DNA of 64,000 nucleotides, from NCBI GenBank assembly GCA_963776245.1, contig CAVZLN010000004.1, positions 275,449-339,448 of the forward strand, in the 5' to 3' direction. The notes below the pieces were generated by a model. The model was not told the DNA's origin and did not search any database. It saw only the letters and a program-made list of their open reading frames with translations. Of the stretch, positions 30,992 to 40,528 are shown one piece after another; within the stretch, counting starts at the first letter, position 1, and each line of letters begins with the position of its first letter. The translations under genes and the position numbers were made by a program. Source of the stretch: Candidatus Eiseniibacteriota bacterium (lineage in GTDB: Bacteria; Eisenbacteria; RBG-16-71-46).

Positions 30992-32767
30992 ATGCCCGCG
31001 GCACGGAACCACCACCTGCTCTCCATCCTGCTGTTCGCGCTGGCGCTCCCGCCATCCGCGCATGCGGCCTGGACGAGCGATCCGCTCACCAATCTTCCGG
31101 TCTGTACCGCAGCCGGCCCGCAGATGGACCCGTCCATCGTCACCGACGGAAGTGGGGGGGCGTTCCTCGTCTGGTCCGATCTTCGGGGCGGGGCGGACTA
31201 CGACGTGTACGCGCAGCACGTCCTGCGCGGTGGAGTGGTGGACCCGGCCTGGCCGGTCGGCGGCTTGCTCGTCGCCCCGGCACCGTATGACCAGACCTAT
31301 CCCAAGAGCGCCCCCGACGGCTCGGGTGGCCTGTTCGTCACCTGGGGCGACTCCGGTCAGTTGCCCGGAGGGACGTGGTTCTCGGACATCTACGTCCAGC
31401 ACGTGCTCGCCAACGGCACGTTGGATCCCGCCTGGCCGTCCTCCGGCGCACCCGTGTGCGTGAACGACGCCGATCAGTTCATCCCGGTGATCGCCCCCGA
31501 CGGCGCCCACGGCGCCTACATCGCGTGGGTGGACTACCGGATCGACGGCATCACGTCGGACCTGTTCGCGCAGCATGTCCTGCCCGACGGGACGTCCGAC
31601 CCGGCGTGGCCCTCCAACGGCGCTCCGGTCTGCACCGCCCCCAACGACCAACTGCTGCCGGTGATCGCCCCCGATGGCATCGGCGGGGCGGTGCTGGTGT
31701 GGCAGGACTCGCGCGGGTTCCCGGTCTACGGATGGGGCGCGTTCGCGGCCTACGTCCAGCACCTTTCGCCGGCCGGGATCGGCGGGGCTGGCTGGCCGAG
31801 CAACGGCCGCGCCGCGAGTGACGGGACGATCTCGCAGGAGGAGCCCGCGATCATCGGCGATGGCAGCGGCGGCGCGATCGTCAGCTGGACGGACGCCGGC
31901 GGATGGGGGGTCGGGGACATCTATGCCCAGCATGTGATGGCGACCGGAGCCGTGGACCCGGCCTGGACGACGCGCGGCGTCGCCGTGTGTTCGACCCCGG
32001 ATGGGAAGCAGGCCCCGCGGCTGGTGTCGGACGGCAGCGGAGGCGCGATCGTCGGCTGGGAGGATCCGCGCAATCAGGCGACCACCGGCTGGGACATCTA
32101 CGCCCAGCGCGTCCTCGCGAGTGGCGCGCGGGACCCCGGGTGGCCCATGGACGGGATCGCGGCGTGCGTCGCCCCGGACGACCAGGCGCACGTGGCGCTC
32201 GCCTCGGACGGCGCGCATGGCGCGATCATCACGTGCTCGAGTGCCCCGCTGCTCGCGCAGCACCTGCTCTCCAGCGGTACCACCGATCCCGCGTGGCCCG
32301 CCGATGGGAGCACGATCTCGTCCGCGCCATGGGCCAAGCAGTATCCCGCCATGCTCGCCGACGGCGAGGGGGGCGCGACCATCGTCTGGGAGGACTACCG
32401 AGCGAGCGGCACCACCGACATCGACATCTACGCTCAGCACGTGCGGAGCGACGGCGTGCTCGGAAGCCCCCTGGCCAGCGCACCGCGCTCCTCCGGGCCC
32501 GCCCTGTCGCTCGAGCCCGTGTCCCCGAATCCTTCGCGCGGCGGGTCGGCCACGGTCCGCTTCTCACTGAAGGGCGACACCCCGGCCTCGCTCGGGCTGT
32601 TCGATGTCCACGGTCGCGTCGCCGCGACTTGGGACATCGGATCACTGGGCGCCGGGCCGCATGCCGTCCGGCTCGGCGGTGCGAGTCGCGTCGCCCCCGG
32701 GCTCTATTTCGTGCGACTCGAGCAGGGGGGCGTGGTGCGCGTCTCGCGCTGGGCCGTGCTCGAGTGA
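30992..32767 (+). CDS. secreted 8-repeat (probable beta-propeller) protein with FlgD/T9SS-like C-terminal domain
   Basis: Eight DG(S)GGA-x-W-D...DIYAQH repeats; C-terminal PNP...LFDVHGR...PGLYFVRL. Confidence 0.85.
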   Translation: MPAARNHHLLSILLFALALPPSAHAAWTSDPLTNLPVCTAAGPQMDPSIVTDGSGGAFLVWSDLRGGADYDVYAQHVLRGGVVDPAWPVGGLLVAPAPYDQTYPKSAPDGSGGLFVTWGDSGQLPGGTWFSDIYVQHVLANGTLDPAWPSSGAPVCVNDADQFIPVIAPDGAHGAYIAWVDYRIDGITSDLFAQHVLPDGTSDPAWPSNGAPVCTAPNDQLLPVIAPDGIGGAVLVWQDSRGFPVYGWGAFAAYVQHLSPAGIGGAGWPSNGRAASDGTISQEEPAIIGDGSGGAIVSWTDAGGWGVGDIYAQHVMATGAVDPAWTTRGVAVCSTPDGKQAPRLVSDGSGGAIVGWEDPRNQATTGWDIYAQRVLASGARDPGWPMDGIAACVAPDDQAHVALASDGAHGAIITCSSAPLLAQHLLSSGTTDPAWPADGSTISSAPWAKQYPAMLADGEGGATIVWEDYRASGTTDIDIYAQHVRSDGVLGSPLASAPRSSGPALSLEPVSPNPSRGGSATVRFSLKGDTPASLGLFDVHGRVAATWDIGSLGAGPHAVRLGGASRVAPGLYFVRLEQGGVVRVSRWAVLE

Positions 32768-32941
32768 GCTGGAGCGGCTCCGCTCCGTCCCGGAAGGATG
32801 CGCCAGTCCAAGCGGGGTCCAGGATCCGTACTTGGGTGTCCCGGTCCTGACTGTCTATAGTCGGTTCATTCCGGCCCGCGCATCGGCCATCGCGGCATCC
32901 GCCGGGGCGAATGATCCGCTGGCGGTCCACGCGAGGGGCAG

Positions 32942-34471
32942 GTGGGAGACAAGCGTGTGAGCGGCTCGAGCCCGTACATCGTGCGGCATCGCAGAGTCCG
33001 AGGTTCACGCTGTCGTCGAAGATTGCGTGTCCTGTTCTCGGCCGGCGCTGGCGCGCTCCTGGGGGCATCGCCCTGCCTGGCGGCGTGGCCGAGCGCCCCC
33101 GCATCCAACCTGCCGGTGTGCACCGCTCCCGTGGCCCAGGACGCACCTCAGATCGCTTCCGAAGGTTCGGGCGGGACGATCCTCGTCTGGCAGACCACGA
33201 GTCCGACCGCCACCGGGGGGGTCTTTGCCCAGCGTGTCGATCGAGCGGGCATGGGCGCGTGGGGCGCTGATGGCATCGCAGTCTGCACCGCCGAGAGCGA
33301 GCAGCGGCAACCGAAGGTTGCCGTGGATTCCGCCGGCGGGGTCGTCGTCGTCTGGCAGGACTTCCGTTCCGGCGAGGACTGGGACGTCTACGCCCAGAGG
33401 ATCGATCGCTTCGGCCGCCTGAGGTGGGGCGCCCCCGGCGTGAGGATCTCGGGCGCCCCGGGCGACCAGGTCGAGCCCCAGATCGCGGCCGACGGCTACG
33501 GTGGCGCTCTCATCGCCTGGCGGGATTCGCGGGTGGATGGGGAGTGGGATCTCTACGCCCAGGCCATCGACAGTGCCGGACAGGTGCGGTGGTCCGCCGA
33601 CGGGATCGCCGTCCGCTCCGGTCCAGGCACCCCGACGCAACTGCAGATCGTGACGGTGGATCCAGGTGGAGGCGTCTTCGTGTGGCGAGATTCGCCTGAC
33701 GATGGTGAGTCGAGCCGTGTCGGTGCGCAGCGTGTCGATCCCGAGGGAAGTCTGATGTGGGGTCCGAACGGCGTGGTGGTGGACGACGGTGCCGCGCCGG
33801 ATGCCCACCCGGTGGCCGTCGGCGACGGCCGAGGCGGCTGCATCGTGGCCTGGGAGTCCGGGCCCGTCCATGCGCAACGACTCGACGAACTCGGGCTTCG
33901 GGCCTGGGGCGACGAGGGGGTGGCCCTCTCGACCCGAGATGGAATGGCACCCGCGATCGTCTCGGACGACCGGGGAGGCGCGACCATCGCCTGGCAGACC
34001 GAGCCCTTCGACGAGGACGCGGCGGACATCCGGATGCAATCGGTGCGCGCTTCGGGCACGCTCCGCTGGAGCGCCGATGGAGTCTCCGTATGCCAGGCAT
34101 CAGGCGCGCAGGCGGAGGTCGCCGTGGTCCGTGCCGCGCCCGGTGGCGCGATCGTGATGTGGCGGGACGCGCGTGACGACCCGTTTGGGGATCTGTACGC
34201 CCAGAGGGTCGACAGCTCGGGGGCGATGCGCTGGGCGGCGGACGGCATCGTGGTCAGCGATGCTCCCGGCTTCCAGGGATCGCTCACGGTCACCGCCGAC
34301 GGGTATGGGGGAGCCATCGCCGCATGGTGCGACGGCCGCGTCGGGCGACACATCTACGCGCAACGCGTGAGCCCCGGGGGGCGCCTGGGTGGCGTCCTGG
34401 GCGAGGCGGATGCCCCGCCCTCGGTTCGGCGCCGACGCCATGCGGGAGGGGCCGGACCCCGACCCAGGTGA
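32942..34471 (+). CDS. paralogous 8-repeat secreted protein lacking the C-terminal sorting domain
   Basis: Same DGxGG-W-D-YAQR repeats; start uncertain. Confidence 0.8.
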   Translation: MGDKRVSGSSPYIVRHRRVRGSRCRRRLRVLFSAGAGALLGASPCLAAWPSAPASNLPVCTAPVAQDAPQIASEGSGGTILVWQTTSPTATGGVFAQRVDRAGMGAWGADGIAVCTAESEQRQPKVAVDSAGGVVVVWQDFRSGEDWDVYAQRIDRFGRLRWGAPGVRISGAPGDQVEPQIAADGYGGALIAWRDSRVDGEWDLYAQAIDSAGQVRWSADGIAVRSGPGTPTQLQIVTVDPGGGVFVWRDSPDDGESSRVGAQRVDPEGSLMWGPNGVVVDDGAAPDAHPVAVGDGRGGCIVAWESGPVHAQRLDELGLRAWGDEGVALSTRDGMAPAIVSDDRGGATIAWQTEPFDEDAADIRMQSVRASGTLRWSADGVSVCQASGAQAEVAVVRAAPGGAIVMWRDARDDPFGDLYAQRVDSSGAMRWAADGIVVSDAPGFQGSLTVTADGYGGAIAAWCDGRVGRHIYAQRVSPGGRLGGVLGEADAPPSVRRRRHAGGAGPRPR

Positions 34472-34743
34472 GCGATCGGTCACGCATCGAGAGCGCACTC
34501 TGGATCGGCGCCAAGTCGCCCGACTTCAAGCTCGACGGCTCCCAGGGTCGGGCGGTCATGCTCTCCGACCCGACCGGCCACGTCTCCCAGAACTACGGGA
34601 TGTACGGCGCCGAGGATGAGGCCATCCAGCCGGAGATCGTGCTGCTCGATCCGAAAGGCATCGTCCGGATGGCGGTTCTCGGCCCGACACTTCACCCCGA
34701 CGAGGTGCTGCAGCTCGTCAAGCACGCGGTGACTGGCGCCTGA
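34468..34743 (+). CDS. truncated AhpC/TSA (peroxiredoxin-like) protein without catalytic Cys
   Basis: IGAKSPDFKL...LSD joined directly to PTGHVSQNYG...LLDPKGIVR. Confidence 0.6.
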   Translation: MSDRSRIESALWIGAKSPDFKLDGSQGRAVMLSDPTGHVSQNYGMYGAEDEAIQPEIVLLDPKGIVRMAVLGPTLHPDEVLQLVKHAVTGA

Positions 34744-34892
34744 GCGCCGACGGGCCCGAACCGGTTGCGAGATGGGGTGACCGGAAGACGACGACCCCGG
34801 CATGCGCAGCCGTCGGCCCGGTGCCGCGACATTCCGCGATGCGGGTTGCGGATCGTCGCGGCGCCCGGCAGACTCCCGTTCCCGGAGGCCTG

Positions 34893-35336
34893 ATGCCCGC
34901 AGGAACTGTGGTACCCAACGTCGTCCACGTGATCCAGCTCGCGGTCGCGCCCGTCTTCCTGCTCTCGGGCGTGGGCGTGATCCTGACCGTGCTTACCAAC
35001 CGGCTGGCGCGCATCATCGACCGCGCGCGCCTGCTGGAAGACCGGCTGCTCACGGAACCGGCCGACCGTCTGGCCGAGATGCACTCCGAATTGTCCCTGC
35101 TCTCGCACCGGGCCTGGATGGTGAACCTGGCGCTCACGCTCAGCACGAGCTGCGCGTTGCTGGTGTGCCTGGTGATCGCGCTCCTGTTCGTCGGGAGCGC
35201 GCTCGTCATCGATCTGGGCACGGTCATCTCGATCATGTTCGTGACCGCGATGGCGGCCCTGATCGGGGGCCTGAGCATCTTCCTGCGGGAGATCTACCTC
35301 GGCACCGCCAACCTGCGCATCGGACGCCACCGGTGA
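34893..35336 (+). CDS. DUF2721 family membrane protein
   Basis: IQLAVAPVFLLSG...NRLARIIDRAR, FLREI. Confidence 0.88.
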   Translation: MPAGTVVPNVVHVIQLAVAPVFLLSGVGVILTVLTNRLARIIDRARLLEDRLLTEPADRLAEMHSELSLLSHRAWMVNLALTLSTSCALLVCLVIALLFVGSALVIDLGTVISIMFVTAMAALIGGLSIFLREIYLGTANLRIGRHR

Positions 35337-35409
35337 ATCCGAGATCCCGCGCGCGGAGCCCAGCGCACCGGCGGCCTGACGATCACGACCGGGATCCGAG
35401 GAGGATGGG

Positions 35410-35541
35410 CTACTTGCCCTTCCTGGCGGGCGGGGCGGGAGCCGGATGCGCCTTGTTGAAGGCGTCGACCTGCTTCTGCTTCTTCTCCGTCGCGTCCTGC
35501 TTCTTGAGCCGCTCTTTCGACTTCGGAGACTTGTCGCCCAT
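35410..35541 (-). CDS. small basic hypothetical protein (43 aa)
   Basis: MGDKSPKSKERLKKQ...; Lys-rich in a GC-rich genome, with purine-rich RBS-like upstream sequence. Confidence 0.65.
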   Translation of the reverse strand: MGDKSPKSKERLKKQDATEKKQKQVDAFNKAHPAPAPPARKGK

Positions 35542-35670
35542 GGACCACCGCCTCGGGTTGGGGTGACTGGAGGAGTCCGCGACCGCGTCGCACTCTACCA
35601 CCTCGGTGACATCATGATGCCGATCAATGCCTGTCCGATCCTGGAACATCGGAAGGGGGGGAGGCGGCGG

Positions 35671-36492
35671 ATGGCGACGATACGGTGTCGTCGAGCGATC
35701 CTCGCCGCGGCGGCACTGCTCTGCGCGGGCGTCGGAGTGGCCACCGCAGGGGAAGCCACGGCCGTGCCGGACCCGCACGCGGTGCAGCCGGAGCGTCCGA
35801 CGGTGGCCACCCATGCGCACACCGTCGCTCCCGGCTGGGTCGAGATCGAAGCCGGGATCGAGCACGACCGATTCCCGGGCGGCGGCCGGATCGAGAGCGC
35901 GTCCGCGACGACCAAGTTCGGGCTGACGGTGCGCACCCAGCTCGCCCTCACCACTGTCGGGGTCCGCGACCCGGCGGATCCCTCGCGAAGCTCGGGCATC
36001 GGCGACCTCGGGCTCGCACTCAAGTGGCGACCGCTCGACCGCGCGCCGTGGATCGGCGACTTCGCCCTGCTTCCGGCGCTGAAGCTGCCCACCGGCTCGC
36101 ACCGGCGCGGAACCGGCACCGGCACGACCGACGCGTCGCTCGTCCTGGTCTCGAGCCATGCGTTCGGGCCATCGTCGCTGGACCTCAACCTCAGCGGCAC
36201 ATTGCGGAGCGGCAGCGGCACCACGGCGCCGAAGCGCGCGTCTCTCTGGGCCGCCGCGCTCGGCCTTCCGCTCGCGGGTGCGCTCGGCTGGGCCGCGGAG
36301 CTCTACGGCTATCCGGGCACGACCGGACCGAGCGCAGCCGCACCGTTGCTCGCGGTGCTGTTCGGGCCCACGTGGACGCCGCGCCCGTGGCTGGAGCTGG
36401 ATGCCGGGGCGATCGTCCCGGTCTCCGGCCCCCAGCCTCACGCGCTCTATGCCGGGCTGGTGTGGAACGTGGGCACTCTCCACCAACGATGA
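35671..36492 (+). CDS. putative outer-membrane transporter (MetA/phenol-degradation-pathway-like barrel)
   Basis: QPERP...HTVAPGWVEIEAG, GIGDL, KLPTG, ELDAG. Confidence 0.75.
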   Translation: MATIRCRRAILAAAALLCAGVGVATAGEATAVPDPHAVQPERPTVATHAHTVAPGWVEIEAGIEHDRFPGGGRIESASATTKFGLTVRTQLALTTVGVRDPADPSRSSGIGDLGLALKWRPLDRAPWIGDFALLPALKLPTGSHRRGTGTGTTDASLVLVSSHAFGPSSLDLNLSGTLRSGSGTTAPKRASLWAAALGLPLAGALGWAAELYGYPGTTGPSAAAPLLAVLFGPTWTPRPWLELDAGAIVPVSGPQPHALYAGLVWNVGTLHQR

Positions 36493-36592
36493 CCTCGATC
36501 GCGGTGCGGGCCAGGGTCCCGGTGATGGTCGGGTGCCGGCCGGGATGGGAGCGCGCCTGCGCCGGGCCAGGCGGCCCCGGGGACGCGCTCCT

Positions 36593-37844
36593 CTACTCGT
36601 AGCGCAGCGCGTCGATGGGATCGAGCCGGGACGCGCGGATCGCGGGGAGGAGGCCGAACCCGATCCCCACCATCGAGCAGAAGACCAGCCCGATGACCGC
36701 CCACTCCAGCGGCACGCGCGCGTCGTAGTGCGCGAACAGGGAGACGAGGTTGCCGAGCCCGAAGCCCACCAGGACGCCGACCACGCCGCCGATGTTGCAG
36801 AGGATCACGGCCTCCAGCAGGAACTGGGTCAGGATGCTGCGGCGTGGGGCGCCCAGCGCCTTGCGGATGCCGATCTCGCGGGTCCGCTCGGTCACCGCCA
36901 CCAGCATGATGTTCATGATCCCGATGCCGGCCACCACCAGCGCGATGATGCCGATGACGAAGGCCGCGATCTTGATGCCCATGCTCATCGTGTTGAACTG
37001 CGTGATCAGGCTCTCGCTGCTGAAGAGGTCGAAGTTGTCGGGTTCGCTCGGCCGCAGCCCGCGGTCGCGGCGCAGCACCTGCCGGGTCTCCTCGATCGCC
37101 TCCGGCATCAGCGCGGGGGTCTTCGCGCGCACCGTGATGTTGACCGAGCGGCGCGATGCCGTTCGCGATCCACCATGCCGTAGGTGTCCAGGAAGGTCGT
37201 GACCGGGATGAGGACGTAGTTGTCGAAGTTCCCGCCGAACGCCGACTTCTTCTCGTCGAACACGCCGATGACGCGGTACTTGCGCCCGTCCACGCGGATC
37301 TCGCGCCCGATCGGGTCGACGAACGGGAAGAGCTTGCTGGCCGATGGCGTAGCCGATGACCGCGACCCGGCCCGCGCTCCTCACGTCCATCGGCGAGAGA
37401 TTCCGGCCCAGCCCGACGTAGTGCGTGTTGTTGGTCGGATACTCGGGCGTGCCGCCGACGATGGAGATGTTCGGGTTGGTGGTCTCGCCGCGGTACGCGA
37501 CCGTGAAGCCGAAGTCCCAGAGCTCGGAGCCGACCAGGTCGACGGTCTTGACGCTGCTCGCGGATGCCGTCGGCGTTCTCCAGCGTGAGCGGCGGCCGGC
37601 GCATGGCGCGGCGCCGATCGGCGTCCGAATCGAAGCCGCCCGCCGGCCACTTCTGGACCTGGAAGGTCTGGGCCCCGAGGACGCTCATCTCCCTCTCCAT
37701 GGTGCCCTGCACGACCGAGATCGCGGTCATCACGGCGATGATCGACGCCACGCCGGCCACGATGCCCACCAGCGTCAGCGCGGACCGCAGCTTGTTGCCC
37801 ACGATCGCCCTCAGGGACATGGCCAGCGCGTCACGGAAGTGCAC
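36593..37844 (-). pseudogene. ABC transporter permease (MacB/FtsX family), frameshifted in this assembly
   Basis: [43 protein letters not shown] pieces in different frames. Confidence 0.88.
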
Positions 37845-37867
37845 GGTCGAGCCTCGGGGTCACGGCC

Positions 37868-39113
37868 TCACTCGTAGCGCAGCGACTCGATCGGGTCGAG
37901 ACGCGCCGCGCGGAACGCCGGCACGATCCCGGCGAACACGCCGACCGCGATGGACACCAGGACCGCGATGACCACGATCGGGCAGGGACACGCTGGCCGG
38001 CATCAGCAGGGCGTTGATCACGGCCGTCACGATCAGCGCCAGCAGCGATCCCGACCACCCCGCCCAGCAGGCAGATGGTCGACGACTCCAGCAGGAACTG
38101 GAGCAGGATGCTGCGCCGCGTGGCCCCGATGGCCTTGCGGATGCCGATCTCGCGGGTGCGCTCGGTGACCGAGACGAACATGATGTTCATCACCCCGATC
38201 GCGCCGACGAACAGCGAGATGCCGGTGACCAGCAGACCCACCAGCAGCACCACGCCCATGACGTTGTTGAAGGTGCCCACCAGCGTGTCCAGCTTGTTGA
38301 TCGAGAAGTCGTCGGGCTCGGCGGGCCGCAGCCGCGCGGATCGTCCGCATCTCGCCGATCACCTCGTACTCGAGGTCGGCGAGCGCCTCCCGCGAGGGCG
38401 CCTTGACCGCGATGTCGACATTCTGGCGCCGGCGGTCGCCGCCGAACGCCTTCACGTAGGAGGTGATCGGGACGAAGACCTGCCGGTCGAAGTTGGGACC
38501 GCCGAGGAAGCTGCCGCCCTGCTTCTCCATGACGCCGATCACGCGGAACTCGGCGCGGCCGATCCGGATGCGACTGGTTGAGCGGATCGGCGGTCCCGAA
38601 CAGCCCGTCGCGGACGGCGCTGCCGATCACGCACACGTTCCGCTTGTGCTGGACGTCGAAGGACAGCAGGAAGCGGCCGCTCTGCGGCCGGGCGCTGGAC
38701 AGGGCGGTCTGCTTCTCGGTGGTGCCGATGGATCGTGACCCCTTCCATGGTCTCGGCCCGGTACTTCACGTCCTGCTGGCCGTTGAGCGAGGGATTGACG
38801 ATCGCCCGGCCGCGCATCCGCTCGCTCCAGGGCGCGCGCCTCCCGCAGGTCGAGGTAGGGGCGGTTGCGGTACCGGAAGAAGTCGTTCATGACCACCCAC
38901 GGCATGCGCGACACGTAGATGACGTCCGCGCCCACCGCGGAGAAGCTCTCGCGGAACCGGTTGTACAGCCCGTTGGCCGCGGTCATGGTGGTCACCACCG
39001 CGACGATGCCGATGATGATGCCGAGGGTGGTCAGGACGCCGCGCGCCAGGTTGGCGCGCAGCGACGCGCAGCGCGATGCGGAACGCTTCCCCGAGGTCGA
39101 TCGCCAGCTTCAT
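37868..39113 (-). pseudogene. second ABC transporter permease (MacB family), frameshifted
   Basis: MKLAIDLGEAFRIAL start, [31 protein letters not shown] stop; several frame changes. Confidence 0.88.
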
Positions 39114-39132
39114 GGGGCCGCGCCGGCCGCGC

Positions 39133-40402
39133 TCACGACCCGGCGCCGGTCGCCCGGTCGGGCTTCTTGGGGTTCTGGTCGATCGTGACGGCCGCGCCGT
39201 TCTCGAGGTCCTTGGAGATGGCCCGGTAGCTGCCGCTGACGACCTCCTCGCCATCCCGCAGGCCCGAGAGGATCTCGATGAGCACGTCGTTCTGGATCCC
39301 GGTCTTCACCTGCCGGGCGACCGCCTTGCCCTTGTCGACCGCGAAGACGATCTCCACGAACCCGTCGCGATCGGGCTGGAAGCGCTTCTCCGCGTCCGCC
39401 CGCTTCTCGCCCTTCCTCGTGAGCTGGTCCACCGCCCGGATGGCGACGCTCTGCAGGGGCACGCTCAGCGCGCTCTCGTTGGTCTTCGTGACGATCTCCG
39501 CGCTGGCCGTCATGCCGGGGCGCAGCGTCTTCGGGGGATCCTTGATCCCGATCTTGATCTTGAACTCCGTCTTCTGGTCCGCCGTGCCCACCCCGGCGGT
39601 GTTCGCGCTGCTCGAGATCTCGGAGACCACGCCGGTGAGCGGATGATCCGAGCATCGCGTCGACCTCGATCTCGGCCTTCTGCCCGACCGCGATGGAGGT
39701 CACGTCGCTCTCGTCGACGTTCACCTCGGCCTCCATCTCGTTGAGATCGGCGACCACGAGGATGACGTCCTTCTGGAACTGCGACCCGAGCGCGATCTCG
39801 CCCTGTTCCTTGTTCAGGGCGCTGATGGTGCCCGACATGGGGGCGTAGATGGTCGTCTTGGACAGGTCGGCCCGCGCCTGCTTGAGGGCGGCCTTCGCCT
39901 GCTCCACCTGGTCCCGGACCGACTGATAGCGGGCCGCCTCCACCTGGAACTCGGCCTGCTTGGCCTCGAACACCGCCTGCGACTCCATGCCCCCGGCCAG
40001 CAGCTCCTTCGACCGGCCGAACTCCTTCTCGGCCCGGTTCATGTTCTGGCGCACCAGGGTGGCGTTCGCCTCGGCGGAGTGCACGTTCGCCTCGGCGCTC
40101 TCGACCGCCGCCACGTAGCGCTCGCGGTCGAGGCTCACGAGCAGGGCGCCCTTCTCGACCCACTGCCCCTCCACGACCGGCAGCTGGATGATCTTGGCGC
40201 TGACGTCGGCGCTGATCTCCACCTGGGTCTTGGGCCGGATCTTGCCCGTGGCGCTGACCTTCTGCACGATCCGCTGGCGGGCGACCTTCGCCGTCTGCAC
40301 CACCAGGGGCTTGGCGCCGCGACTGCGGACGGCAGCGAATCCGACGATGCCGGCCACGACCACGATCGCGGCGCCGATCAGCAGAACCTTCTTCTTCCTC
40401 AT
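39133..40402 (-). pseudogene. efflux periplasmic adaptor (MacA-like MFP), one frameshift near 39640
   Basis: VSATGKI, TTIYAPMSGTI, VDESD, LRPGMTA, VKTGI. Confidence 0.88.
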
Positions 40403-40468
40403 GACTCCGCGCTCCCCATCGGATGCTTGGGCGTAGGAGGGACGGTCCCCCCGGCCGAGACGGTACGG

Positions 40469-40496
40469 TTACGTGCGCCATCATCGCAAGGTTTCC
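40469..40496 (-). promoter_or_regulatory. possible ECF-sigma promoter for the macA-like operon
   Basis: Minus strand GGAAAC-N17-CGTAA resembles SigW/SigE-type consensus. Confidence 0.35.
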
Positions 40497-40528
40497 GCGA
40501 AACTCATGCGTTGCTGTAGATTCCCTCG

